DNA of 64,000 nt from Nitrospirota bacterium (GTDB lineage: Bacteria; Nitrospirota; UBA9217), in contig DASPSR010000020.1 of assembly GCA_035623825.1 (NCBI GenBank), positions 64,001 through 128,000 of the forward strand, given 5' to 3'. The position numbers and the translations under genes were made by a program. Positions 10,669 to 20,859 of this stretch are shown here, one piece after another. The first letter of the stretch is position 1. Each line of letters starts with the position of its first letter. Under the pieces are notes generated by a model. It was not told where the DNA came from and did not search any database. It saw nothing but the letters and a program-made list of their open reading frames with translations.

Positions 10669-11763
10669 TTAGCGCGCTTTCTTCAGTGACTCAAAGAAAT
10701 CATAATAGTCATCCACCATCCGTTCGCGGCTGAATTTCGCGGCCACCCACTGCCGTCCCGCATCAGACATTGCTTGCCTCAGAGCTTTATCCGCCAATAC
10801 CCGTATGACCGCGGATGCCATCTCACGAGCTCCACCGTCAACCAGCATGCCCGTCCCGCAGCCCTCAAGGGCGTCCCTGATGCCACCATCGTTGACCGCG
10901 ATTACCGGCGCACCCATAGCGAGAGATTCAAGCACCCATATGCCGAACCCTTCGTTGCGGTGAGTGCTAACCGCAACATCGATATCTCCATAGAGCGAGA
11001 GCATTTCTTCTTTCGACAATCTCCCTGTCCAGATCACGGCATCGGTAAGACCGAGTCTGGAGGCCCGGTCCTTGAATTCTCCGATCTGGCCTATGCCGAT
11101 TGCAGAAGCGACCAGGACATATTTAACATCGGGAAACGTTTTCCGGATCTCCGCAAGCGCATCCAGGAACTCTATTTGGTTCTTCCAGAGGTCTCCCACC
11201 GTGGCAATAACTTTCGTGCCTGGGGAGAGGCCAAAACGGTTCCTGAACTGCCCCGATGGCGTTGTTCCCGGCTTGAATTTCCCGAGATCAATCCCGTAAT
11301 ACAGGATGCTCGTTCTTTTCGCTACGGAAGGAGCGAATTTCGCTATTTTCCCGGCGATGTATCGTGATATGGTGGTGATCCTGTCCATTCGGCTGAGAAG
11401 GAATCGGGATCTCAGAAATTCAGGGACCTGTACCGTGTAGGTGAGAATGGGTTTTCGAAGGGACAGCATCGAAGCCGTCCACGACTGGATGACATCATGG
11501 CCGCGTTGAATGCTTACGATCTCGTAACCGCCACGCTTTATGATCTTCGCGATCTTGAAGGCCGAAGTGAGGGCGCCGGCTCCTGAGCGGTTGATGGGAT
11601 AGACCTCGATGCCGGCCTCCACGAACATTTCAGCAAGAGGCGTCTTCGGCCGACACACGAGCCCGACCTTCACACCCTTGCCCGCGAGCCCCGGCAGAAG
11701 GTCGCGAAGGAATTCCTCCCCGCCTCCTCTTCCCCGAAAATTGTTGACAAACAGGATTTTCAT
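10669..11763 (-). CDS. GT4 family glycosyltransferase
   Basis: GGGEE and EGFGIWVLESLAMGAP; start trimmed to MKILFVNN. Confidence 0.88.
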   Translation of the reverse strand: MKILFVNNFRGRGGGEEFLRDLLPGLAGKGVKVGLVCRPKTPLAEMFVEAGIEVYPINRSGAGALTSAFKIAKIIKRGGYEIVSIQRGHDVIQSWTASMLSLRKPILTYTVQVPEFLRSRFLLSRMDRITTISRYIAGKIAKFAPSVAKRTSILYYGIDLGKFKPGTTPSGQFRNRFGLSPGTKVIATVGDLWKNQIEFLDALAEIRKTFPDVKYVLVASAIGIGQIGEFKDRASRLGLTDAVIWTGRLSKEEMLSLYGDIDVAVSTHRNEGFGIWVLESLAMGAPVIAVNDGGIRDALEGCGTGMLVDGGAREMASAVIRVLADKALRQAMSDAGRQWVAAKFSRERMVDDYYDFFESLKKAR

Positions 11764-11902
11764 CACTGCTCGGCGTCTTGATGTCTCATGCCTGCTGACC
11801 CTCATGGTCGTTTATTGGGGTTTCTCAAAACCATCATTGCAATGAGCTTTCTTGTCCTCGATCCTTCTTTATCCTGGTCATTGCAAGATTACTAACTTTC
11901 GT

Positions 11903-12673
11903 TCAGCCTTTTCCCATGCTTTTAGTGTACTCCCATGCCTTTGCGTACTTGGCGAAGACATAGTACGAATGGAACAGATTCAACACAAGCCCGTGTTTCC
12001 CATCAAGAAAGCCGAGGCGGAAGATGTATTTTAACAGGAACGTCAGCACGGGCCGCAGCATGATATTCACGGGGCCCGCTTTTATGCTGCCGATGCCCTT
12101 TTCAGCCATTACACTGACGGCGAGGGAAGAGTATTTATTGATGGAAGACATGTAGGATGAAAGATCGGGATACGCCATATGCTCGATGGCGAATCGCGTT
12201 CGGCCGACAGTCCCCTGTACTTTGATCGCTTCATGAACGGCCCGCTCCTGGAAGCGTCCCCTGTTCCTACGAAATAATCGAAGATTGTAATCCGGGTACC
12301 ATCCTCCGTGCCTGATCTGTTTTCCGAGGAAAAACGTCTTACGCGGGATCCTATACCCGGCATGGGACTCTTTGGACGATATGATGGTACGGATCTCATC
12401 AGCGAGCGGGGCTTCTATCGGCTCATCAGCATCAAGGCTCAATATCCAGTCGCCGCTGGTCTTGTCAATGGCAAGATTTTTCTGACTTGCGAAACCGAGC
12501 CAGTCCTGATGGAAGACCTTGTCCGTGTATTCGCGACAGATCTGGACGGTCTTGTCCGTGCTTCCCGAATCAACGATCACGATCTCATCGGCCCATTTGA
12601 CGCACTCGAGCGTCCGGCGGATGTTAGACTCTTCGTTATAGGTGATGATGGCGACTGACAGTTTAGGGGCCAT
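11903..12673 (-). CDS. GT2 glycosyltransferase, WaaE/KdtX-like (LPS core)
   Basis: LSVAIITYNEE, DSGSTD, LDADE, GWYPD and VHE motifs. Confidence 0.85.
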   Translation of the reverse strand: MAPKLSVAIITYNEESNIRRTLECVKWADEIVIVDSGSTDKTVQICREYTDKVFHQDWLGFASQKNLAIDKTSGDWILSLDADEPIEAPLADEIRTIISSKESHAGYRIPRKTFFLGKQIRHGGWYPDYNLRLFRRNRGRFQERAVHEAIKVQGTVGRTRFAIEHMAYPDLSSYMSSINKYSSLAVSVMAEKGIGSIKAGPVNIMLRPVLTFLLKYIFRLGFLDGKHGLVLNLFHSYYVFAKYAKAWEYTKSMGKG

Positions 12674-12715
12674 ATTAACCATGAAAGATCTCAAGCAGTG
12701 GAAGCGAGCTACTTA

Positions 12716-13789
12716 TCATCCTTCTGCCGACAACCCGGAAATCTTGATTCCTTCCCGAAGAACTTCCTCTACCGTAATTTGCTCCATGCATGCCGGTCTC
12801 AAGCGTGCCGAGGGCTCGCATTCAGAAAAAAACTTTTGCCTGCACGGGGAACACTTTAATCCTTTGTAAATGACCTTTGAGCGTTTGCTCCAGGGACCGA
12901 ATTTGACCGGTGACTGCGGCCCAAAGAGGGCTACAAGGGGAGTCTGCGCCGCTGCTGCAAGATGCATGATTCCGCTGTCGTTTCCCACAAAGAGGGCGCA
13001 CTTTTTCAATAAGGCGATCGTTTCGCGAAGCGTACACTTGCCGACAAGGTCTACGGTACCTTCCCCGAACTGATGCCTCACTTGATTGAATGTTCTGCTA
13101 TCGCCTGTGCTTCCCACAATGATCGAACGGCAACCGGTTTCACTGCTTAACCGCTGGGCAAGTGAGGCAAAGTTTTCCAAGGGCCAGCCGCGCTCCACGA
13201 CCGCAGAAAAGGGATGCAGTGCAACCAATTTTTCTCCTGGACCTATCCCCTCTTTCAGCAGCAGCTGCCGGACGGCCTCTTCTTCCTTCGGCTCGGCCCA
13301 TATCTCTAAATAATCATCAGCTACTGGTATCCCGTCGGCACGCAATACATCAAGAAAGTTCTGGACCTCATGCCGATCATGTCGATAAGGGACCCGCGTT
13401 GTAAGGAGAAAGCCCCTCCCTTCCGTGTCGAACCCTATGCGCTCTCGAGCCCCACTTAGATAGGCCATGACAGCGCTCGTGAGGGATCGCTTGAGCACGT
13501 AAACCTTCTGGAAACCCCTGGACCGCAGATCGCGGATAAAAGAAAGTTTGGCAGAAAACGTCCGGTGCGTTCCCCTGCTATCGGCATGTATGGTCACCGG
13601 GTCCCAGTAGATCATTTCGTCCACATAGGGTATTCCTTTGACAACGTCGGAAGAACCGGGCGCCACCATCCACGCGATGAAGGCCTGCGGCTCGGCTCGA
13701 CGCAGGTTCCGCAGGAACGGCACGGTCAGGACCGTATCACCGATGAACCGGTAGCGCATCACGAGTATTTTTTTCGCCTCGAGATTCAT
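12716..13789 (-). CDS. waaF: LPS heptosyltransferase II (GT9)
   Basis: IGDTVLT and GNDSGIMHLAAA...VALFGP motifs. Confidence 0.8.
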   Translation of the reverse strand: MNLEAKKILVMRYRFIGDTVLTVPFLRNLRRAEPQAFIAWMVAPGSSDVVKGIPYVDEMIYWDPVTIHADSRGTHRTFSAKLSFIRDLRSRGFQKVYVLKRSLTSAVMAYLSGARERIGFDTEGRGFLLTTRVPYRHDRHEVQNFLDVLRADGIPVADDYLEIWAEPKEEEAVRQLLLKEGIGPGEKLVALHPFSAVVERGWPLENFASLAQRLSSETGCRSIIVGSTGDSRTFNQVRHQFGEGTVDLVGKCTLRETIALLKKCALFVGNDSGIMHLAAAAQTPLVALFGPQSPVKFGPWSKRSKVIYKGLKCSPCRQKFFSECEPSARLRPACMEQITVEEVLREGIKISGLSAEG

Positions 13790-13968
13790 CCTGGATTGTG
13801 ATGCATCCGTGAGAAGTGTTCTTTGCCACAGAGGACTTACTTACAGCTCATTTTACAAACAAGCAACTCCGGATGCTCTCCGTGACAAATGTCCGATGCT
13901 CCAATGTGACAGTCATCGTTTGTTCTAATTTGACTATCATGGACCATAACAGAATTTTCAGACCGGGA

Positions 13969-14991
13969 TCATGTCTTTACCGCGATCTTACCGTGCTCTT
14001 CCACCTTGTTCGCAAGGAAGCTGACCAGCGTTTCCAGACCCTCGCCGGTCACCGCCGAAACAGGGAAGAACCGATACCCGGCCTCATGACAGTGCAGCTC
14101 CAGTGCCTCAAGCTTTTCATGGTCCGCAGCGTCTATCTTGGTTGCTGCCACGGCCATGTACTTCTTCATGAGATCCTTGCTGTAGAGTTCGAGCTCGGTA
14201 TTGATCTTTTTGAAATTCTCAACAGGGTCACCGGGCACCATGCCGGACACGTCCACCAGATGAAGGAGGATTGAGGTCCGCTCGACATGGCGCAGAAATT
14301 CGAACCCGAGGCCCGCACCCTTATGCGCATTCTCGATGAGACCCGGAATATCCGCAACGACGAAGCTCTTCCTGCCTTCCGGCTTCACCACACCGAGCAC
14401 CGGGGTGAGCGTGGTGAAGGGATAATCCGCGATTTTCGGCTTGGCGGCTGAAATGCGCGAGATGAGCGTTGATTTGCCCGCATTCGGGAATCCCACAAGC
14501 CCGACATTGGCAAGAAGCTTGAGCTCAAGAAAAAGTAACTGCTCTTCACCGGGTTCGCCAGGCTGGGCAAACCTCGGCGCCTGGTGAGTCGCCGTCTTGA
14601 AAAAGGCGTTCCCCTTTCCGCCTCTCCCTCCTTTCGCGGCAATGAACTCCAGTCCGTCGGCATCCAGATCAATGATCAGCCCGTGGGTCTCGGCGTCGCA
14701 GACGAGCGTGCCAACGGGCACCCGGATCACAATACCGTCGGCGTCAGCGCCGGACTGCTGCTTTCCGCGGCCCTGCTCACCGTTCTTGGCGAAATAATTC
14801 TGCTGGTACTTGAGATCGATAAGCGTACCGAGCTGGCTGTCTGCCCTGATGATGATGTCACCACCCTTGCCGCCATCGCCGCCATCCGGTCCCCCGCGCG
14901 GTACATAGGCCTCACGCCTGAAGCTGACACAACCGCGCCCGCCGTGGCCCGCCTTAACATCAATCTTGACTCTGTCAATAAAGTTGGACAT
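13969..14991 (-). CDS. obgE: GTPase ObgE/CgtA
   Basis: Gly-rich Obg domain, GFPNAGKS, YPFTTL and DIPG. Confidence 0.97.
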   Translation of the reverse strand: MSNFIDRVKIDVKAGHGGRGCVSFRREAYVPRGGPDGGDGGKGGDIIIRADSQLGTLIDLKYQQNYFAKNGEQGRGKQQSGADADGIVIRVPVGTLVCDAETHGLIIDLDADGLEFIAAKGGRGGKGNAFFKTATHQAPRFAQPGEPGEEQLLFLELKLLANVGLVGFPNAGKSTLISRISAAKPKIADYPFTTLTPVLGVVKPEGRKSFVVADIPGLIENAHKGAGLGFEFLRHVERTSILLHLVDVSGMVPGDPVENFKKINTELELYSKDLMKKYMAVAATKIDAADHEKLEALELHCHEAGYRFFPVSAVTGEGLETLVSFLANKVEEHGKIAVKT

Positions 14992-15231
14992 CTTTACCCT
15001 GTAAAACTAACGCAAACACATCAGAAGCTGCATCATCATTGCATCCTCCCAAAAGGAGCGCGGCAACCCTCGCGGTACATCCGTGATTACTTAGACCGCC
15101 GCACTGCACGCAATGACACAATATCAGATGCTTTCGTACTCAATGAAAATATAATGAAAATATACAGAGACCATTCTAAAAATGCAAGCCTTGAAAACAA
15201 AGGAGAAAAATGCCATCAAGGCTTGAAAAAG

Positions 15232-15264
15232 AAAAAGGCGGCATGATTGAAATGCCGCCTCTTT
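15232..15264 (-). terminator. Intrinsic terminator after rpmA
   Basis: AGGCGGCAT/ATGCCGCCT stem followed by a T-run on the minus strand. Confidence 0.75.
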
Positions 15265-15290
15265 AATACCCCCGGACAATGAAAGTCCTG

Positions 15291-15548
15291 TTACACCGCT
15301 TCGTAGACGCTCACCTGCTTGCGGGTCTTGTCAAAGCGCTCGAACTTCACAAAACCCCTGACCTTGGCAAAAAGCGTGTCATCACTGCCCTTACCCACGT
15401 TATTACCGGGATGGAACTTGGTCCCGCGCTGCCTTACGATGATCGTACCGGCGTTCACAAGCTGGCCGTCAAAACGCTTTACGCCGAGGTACTGTGGGTT
15501 GCTGTCCCTTCCATTTCTTGAACTGCCAACGCCTTTTTTATGAGCCAT
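15291..15548 (-). CDS. rpmA: 50S ribosomal protein L27
   Basis: [16 protein letters not shown]...IIVRQRGT; GGAGG RBS upstream. Confidence 0.97.
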   Translation of the reverse strand: MAHKKGVGSSRNGRDSNPQYLGVKRFDGQLVNAGTIIVRQRGTKFHPGNNVGKGSDDTLFAKVRGFVKFERFDKTRKQVSVYEAV

Positions 15549-15647
15549 GATCTGATCCTCCGAAAAAACAATATCCAAATTTCAAGCTCTGACATGCAGA
15601 AAACTTCATAAATTTCAACGACCGAGAGCAAATCCCGGGCGCTCGCC

Positions 15648-15959
15648 CTACGCTTTGATCTCTTTCACCTTGATCGCCGTGTAATTTTGGCGGTGACCAG
15701 TGGTCTTGCGAAATCCCTTGCGCCTCCGGTGCTTGAATATGAGGAGCTTCTCGCCCCTGCCCTCTTCCACCACTTCCGCCGTAACAGTCGCGGATTCAAG
15801 TGTGGGCTTGCCGACGGATATCTTGTCTCCGTCTGCGATCATATAAACATCTTTTATCTCAACGGTATCGCCCTTCTTGGCATCAAGGGTTTCCACCCTT
15901 ACCACCTCTCCGGGCGCTACCTTGTACTGTTTTCCCCCGGTCATAATGACTGCGTACAT
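15648..15959 (-). CDS. rplU: 50S ribosomal protein L21
   Basis: MYAVIMTGGKQYKV...GHRQNYT. Confidence 0.97.
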   Translation of the reverse strand: MYAVIMTGGKQYKVAPGEVVRVETLDAKKGDTVEIKDVYMIADGDKISVGKPTLESATVTAEVVEEGRGEKLLIFKHRRRKGFRKTTGHRQNYTAIKVKEIKA

Positions 15960-16123
15960 TCCGAAAACCTCCTTCGCGCGATTCAACTTCCAGTTGTGCT
16001 TGCGAATTTGTAAAATACCATGTAATTCATCGAATTGTCAAGGTAAAAAACAATTTGCCCTATAAATTCTGTCGATGTGGGTCCTCGACATGTTAAAATA
16101 CAGCGGACATAGGAGCCTCAGAG

Positions 16124-16966
16124 ATGGCATATCATGAGTTCACCATCCGGATACCAAACTTATTCAGAGACGCGCTTGTACAAATGCTTACATCAAAAAG
16201 CTGTCTCGGGGTTATCGAGCATGACAACGAGGTCATTGCCTATTTTCCGGAAACCATTGATAGCAATACCACATCAAGGGATCTCACCATTTTGAAGGAG
16301 CTTTTGAAAAAAACGCACCGAAATCTCGAACTGACCTTTGACCACAGCATCATCCCAGATCAGGACTGGAACGAATCCTGGAAAAAGGGCTTCACTTCTC
16401 TCGATGTCGGGAAACTGTTCACCATCCTCCCTCCCTGGGAGGGGGAAAAAAGCGGCCGCATAAATTTGATTATCGACCCCGGCATGGCTTTCGGCACCGG
16501 ACACCATGAGACCACGCGTTCGTGCCTTGTGCTCATGGGAAAATATGCGATAAAAAGCTCAAAAGACCGGTTTCTCGACCTGGGCACCGGCACGGGTCTC
16601 CTCGCTATCGCAGCCTCGAGGCTCGGCTACAGACAGGTAGTCGCACTCGACATCGATCCCCTTGCCGTGGAGGCGGCAGTTAAGAATGTCTCACTGAACC
16701 GCATCGAAAATGTGCTGATCAAGACAGGAAGCATAACAGATGTAGAAGGATCGTTCGACTGCATTGCTGCGAACATCATCTCCAGCGTGTTGACCTTTCT
16801 GGCTCCCGAAATCTCTTCCCGTTTGAACCCCTCCGGCGTAACCATTCTTTCCGGCATCCTTGCCGAACAGGCGGATGAAGTCGTCAAGGCATACGAGCTG
16901 ACAGGCCTGATGTTCATCGAGAATTTCCCTGATGACAAGTGGGTCTCTCTCGTATTCCGTAAATAG
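16124..16966 (+). CDS. prmA: Ribosomal protein L11 methyltransferase
   Basis: DWNESWK, IDPGMAFGTGHHETT, LDLGTGTG and ANI motifs. Confidence 0.93.
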   Translation: MAYHEFTIRIPNLFRDALVQMLTSKSCLGVIEHDNEVIAYFPETIDSNTTSRDLTILKELLKKTHRNLELTFDHSIIPDQDWNESWKKGFTSLDVGKLFTILPPWEGEKSGRINLIIDPGMAFGTGHHETTRSCLVLMGKYAIKSSKDRFLDLGTGTGLLAIAASRLGYRQVVALDIDPLAVEAAVKNVSLNRIENVLIKTGSITDVEGSFDCIAANIISSVLTFLAPEISSRLNPSGVTILSGILAEQADEVVKAYELTGLMFIENFPDDKWVSLVFRK

Positions 16967-17025
16967 GCAATTTCTCCTATATCGGTAATGCTGATTTCAT
17001 GTAGAAAGGAACGTGCGTCTGCGGG

Positions 17026-18609
17026 TCATTCAGTGATAGGGCTAAACCATGCCTTCGTCGGTCCCTGCACGTAATGACAGTTGAACGAACAATAGGTCGG
17101 ATAATCGTTCAGCACGGTGGTCGTATATGCAGTGATTACCATCTCTCCGATGAGATCATTACCGAGCGTCAGGGTGTTGCTGTAGGCAAGCTCATCATAG
17201 ACCGCGCCGTACGGAGTATTCGAACCGTGGACATCATGGCAGTTGACGCACGTGATCCCCGACCCCACAGCCGTCCCCCGGAACGAAGTAGGCGCGCCGA
17301 GATGGAACCAATGAAGATTGGAATCTTGCACCCATACACCATAATCGTTCAAAGGACTCCCGCTGTAAGGTAGGCCGGGATCCGGAACATTGTGGTCTGC
17401 AAAATGCGTGACCACCCCGGATGTATAATAAGGCGGGTTATATCCATTCGGCCCCCACAAGAAGCCGTAACCTGAATCCAGGATTCCTCCGAACTTGACG
17501 CCAAGGGTGTCTTCCTTCGTGAAGCCTGGATAGCCGGCATGGCAATTAAAGCAGAGCGTGAAGTCAGATTCATAGTACGTGGCCGTATTCTGGGAATAAA
17601 CGAAGTTCTGCGTGGCCAGTATTTGACTGGTCGAACCATGGGCGTTGATGGCTCCGCTGTTGCCATGACAACCGGTTCCGGCAGCACCAGTCCCGAGACA
17701 GGTCAGCTTCAATCCCGATACATGGTTGCCGTTTGGGCCATGGCCATGGGATTTTGCCCAGCTGCTCGCAATCCTGGTGGCATAGGAATACGGGGGTGTG
17801 CCCAGTGCCGACCCGTCATCGAACGGGCTTGTGGGTGTCCCTCCGGAAACGAACGTAGCTGTAGCCCCGTTCTCGTCATGGCAGCTGAGGCAGAAAGGCT
17901 CAAGTCCGGCGACATTGGAAGGATCATAGGCGATGCTCGTACCTGCATTGTCGGCATTCCGCAGCCACACGGTGCCCGCTGTATGGTGTGACTGATCGTG
18001 ACAGACCTCGCACTGCGTGCCGGCCGGATCGCCGCTGGTTGTGACATGATGGGACACGATCGAAGCATTGCTTCCAAAATCCCCCTCTGGACCTGTGATA
18101 ATGCGCCGCGGGCCCAGGACGTACGAGTGGCATCCGCTGCAAAACTGGAAATTCACAGTCTCGGTCCCGTACCAGTCGAGCGTGTCCGTTCCATGGCAGT
18201 TGAGGTCTGTGCACGACCCGGTGTGAGGCCCGGTTTCGTTTATCCATCTGCCGTTCGGGTTCGTCGAATCGAAATAAACAATTAGAACGGCGGGATTGCC
18301 TGTATCAAGAACCCCGTTCATGTGGGTTGGCTTAGTATAATATCCAAAGTGACATTTCTGGCAGGCAAGGCCTATAACTTGGACATGAGCGACATGCTTT
18401 CCAAATGTGCCTGTTCCATTCGTCACCAAAGGATCTGGTGATGCCGTGCTCGTCGAATTATGACAGACTGCGGTACAGTCTGTTATCGGAGGCCCTGGAG
18501 TCACCTGCTTTGTTGATATGGCATCAGGCCCCGGACTGTAACTGCATCCGTAAGCGAGGAGGGCTATCGAAATCAAACCGATTATATGCAAAAAAAACGT
18601 TTTCATCAA
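17026..18609 (-). CDS. Multiheme c-type cytochrome, probable lipoprotein
   Basis: Lipobox-like LLAYGC; 6 CxxCH plus CTAVCH, CTDLNCH, CSFNCH and CLGTGAAGTGCH. Confidence 0.85.
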   Translation of the reverse strand: MMKTFFLHIIGLISIALLAYGCSYSPGPDAISTKQVTPGPPITDCTAVCHNSTSTASPDPLVTNGTGTFGKHVAHVQVIGLACQKCHFGYYTKPTHMNGVLDTGNPAVLIVYFDSTNPNGRWINETGPHTGSCTDLNCHGTDTLDWYGTETVNFQFCSGCHSYVLGPRRIITGPEGDFGSNASIVSHHVTTSGDPAGTQCEVCHDQSHHTAGTVWLRNADNAGTSIAYDPSNVAGLEPFCLSCHDENGATATFVSGGTPTSPFDDGSALGTPPYSYATRIASSWAKSHGHGPNGNHVSGLKLTCLGTGAAGTGCHGNSGAINAHGSTSQILATQNFVYSQNTATYYESDFTLCFNCHAGYPGFTKEDTLGVKFGGILDSGYGFLWGPNGYNPPYYTSGVVTHFADHNVPDPGLPYSGSPLNDYGVWVQDSNLHWFHLGAPTSFRGTAVGSGITCVNCHDVHGSNTPYGAVYDELAYSNTLTLGNDLIGEMVITAYTTTVLNDYPTYCSFNCHYVQGPTKAWFSPITE

Positions 18610-18622
18610 AACCGCTGCCCCA

Positions 18623-19225
18623 TTATTGTTTATGGCACAACCCGCAGTTCAAGGCCGGACTTACCGGATGCGGTGCTGACGTATGCCGCGCGACTTTGTG
18701 GCATACGACGCAGTTGTCAGCCGGTGCGAAACTGCCGCTGTAATGACACCATGTGCAATGCCGTTTGAGCCAGTTCCCGACATGGGTCCGCGGCTTGGTC
18801 TCGTTGTGGCATCTAACGCAAAAGTCCTGCTTATGACATGTCATGCAGCGCTCGCGGTTGCCTTCCGCCATGAACCCGTGGCTCAACGTGCGCCAGGTGT
18901 TCGTATGGTCGCGAGGCTTCCTCGTGTTATGACAGGTAATGCAATCATTCCACTTGTGACAGGTGAGACAGGATTTCCCGCTCTGGCCCGCCTCATTGAA
19001 GTTCATATTGGCCGATGCGCCATGAAACTCGATCCAGTTCCCCTTGTGCGAATCCGGCCTGGGGAACGGAATTTTGCCCCCGCCAGTTCCCGACACGCCA
19101 GACTGCACCGCTGGTGCGTAGCCGCCGTCTTCCGCTTGCACGTTCGCGCTGCTGCCCATCAGGCACGCCGCGGTGAGCACAATGCAGATGACGAACATTG
19201 TCATGACACGGACATTAAAAATCAT
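18623..19225 (-). CDS. Periplasmic heptaheme c-type cytochrome
   Basis: Signal peptide and 7 CxxCH (CLTCH, CITCH, CMTCH, CVRCH, CTWCH, CVVCH, CGLCH); start overlaps the porin stop. Confidence 0.85.
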   Translation of the reverse strand: MIFNVRVMTMFVICIVLTAACLMGSSANVQAEDGGYAPAVQSGVSGTGGGKIPFPRPDSHKGNWIEFHGASANMNFNEAGQSGKSCLTCHKWNDCITCHNTRKPRDHTNTWRTLSHGFMAEGNRERCMTCHKQDFCVRCHNETKPRTHVGNWLKRHCTWCHYSGSFAPADNCVVCHKVARHTSAPHPVSPALNCGLCHKQ

Positions 19226-20630
19226 AGCGCATCCCCAGTTTAAGCGTCTGATAGTTCTCGATGCCGGACTCATACTCATAGCCGCCGTTTATCGAAATTC
19301 TCTTGCTGAGCGGATATCTTCCGTTTATATAATACGTACGCACGTTTTCTCTGAGTCCTTCTTCAACGTAATAATCGTACTTGTAGAGGCTGTAGTAGGT
19401 CCCGGCGTTTATACTGGCGCTCTTTTTGTTTTTGAAGGTATATCCGATATCAAGCCCCGCAGAGTAGTAGTGCGTTCCCGTGGTTTCCCACCGTTCGCCG
19501 GTAAGGGTGAACGCAAAGTCTTTCGGCAAATCGATGAGTTCGAACACCAGAAAGGCCCGGCTGTAATCCTTGTCGAACGCGCTCTCCTCGTTCTCTTCCA
19601 GAAGGCCCCGTTTGAAGTAGCCGACGTCCACCGCATAATGCAGACCGAAGAGCTTTCGGAGTTTCACATCAATGCTCTGGTAGGGAGCCGACTGTCCGAG
19701 GACCGCATAGTACAGTGAGAGCTCGTTCGAGAGTTCGTTCTGGGTGGAGAATTGACGGAAGTAGTTAACGTACATTTCGGTGTCCGCTTCGGGAAAGGAG
19801 CTTATGGCCTTCACACTCAGGTCCCGCGGATCGTCGTTGAGATAACGGTACTTGACTGAGGCCTTCAAGAACGTTCCGAAGCTCTGCCAGAGCTTGAGGG
19901 AGATCATCCGGTCGTGCAAATCGACCGGGGTAGACGATGTAGGGGGTGATTGTTCATCCTCGACGAACAGATAATCCAAGCTGAACCTGGTGCTCGTGCC
20001 GAGAGCATAATCGAGGCCGGCACCAGCCAAGGTGTCATCGCCCCAGTGATAGCCAATCTCATAGAGATGGACGGCGACACCGCCGTAAAGCGTCACATTG
20101 AGCGGGGAAGATGGCTTGATGTCGGCTGCGATACCGTCAAAAAAGACCTGCTCGTCCCTCGTACCCGTCTGCCTCCCCATCCGTATCTGCGTGAAATACG
20201 GAAAGGGATTATTGATATCGAGATGCGCCTCGTAAAGGTATGCGTGGTATGAAGCCTGGTAGGTATCACCGATGTCTTTCAGGGGATTAAAAAACGTCTG
20301 GTTATTGAGACCGCTAAAATCATTTCTCGCGGTCCCGAAGAAATGAAATTCGTAACGGTTCTCCTTCGGCATGGTGGCATCAAGCCGCAGTTCCCCGTAA
20401 GCGTCCTGATCCCTCCACGTCGTATCGGAATAAGCGGCCGTTCGGTACTCGTATCTGCCGGCAAGATACCCGCTAATATTGAAAAGATTATCCGATGATT
20501 GTTCAGATCCGGACACGTCTACGGACGTCGTATACGCAAACAGATGAAAGGGGGAAAGAACGAACAACGAAAAGAGAAGTAAGAGGACTGAGAGAAGTAT
20601 GCGGCGAAATAGTATATTTTTATTCTTCAA
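19215..20630 (-). CDS. Outer-membrane beta-barrel (porin of a putative porin-cytochrome conduit)
   Basis: Signal peptide, Tyr/Phe/Gly-rich amphipathic strands, C-terminal beta-signal LKLGMRYDF. Confidence 0.75.
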   Translation of the reverse strand: MKNKNILFRRILLSVLLLLFSLFVLSPFHLFAYTTSVDVSGSEQSSDNLFNISGYLAGRYEYRTAAYSDTTWRDQDAYGELRLDATMPKENRYEFHFFGTARNDFSGLNNQTFFNPLKDIGDTYQASYHAYLYEAHLDINNPFPYFTQIRMGRQTGTRDEQVFFDGIAADIKPSSPLNVTLYGGVAVHLYEIGYHWGDDTLAGAGLDYALGTSTRFSLDYLFVEDEQSPPTSSTPVDLHDRMISLKLWQSFGTFLKASVKYRYLNDDPRDLSVKAISSFPEADTEMYVNYFRQFSTQNELSNELSLYYAVLGQSAPYQSIDVKLRKLFGLHYAVDVGYFKRGLLEENEESAFDKDYSRAFLVFELIDLPKDFAFTLTGERWETTGTHYYSAGLDIGYTFKNKKSASINAGTYYSLYKYDYYVEEGLRENVRTYYINGRYPLSKRISINGGYEYESGIENYQTLKLGMRYDF

Positions 20631-20859
20631 ATATATATTCCCCCGTTGCTCCTGAACTACAATAGATAATAATCGATAAAATCATAATCTTGATCAGTGC
20701 TCCTGTCAAGTGAATTTTCCTGATGTTCCTGGTATGATCTCATGGTATTCCAAATGTTAAACAGTCTTGATTTTGCGTTCGAAGAATGCTATGGTATTTA
20801 TGCATGCTCAGAAACTTATTCCTATCTTCGTCCCCTGGCTAAAAGGAGAAAAAATCTCC

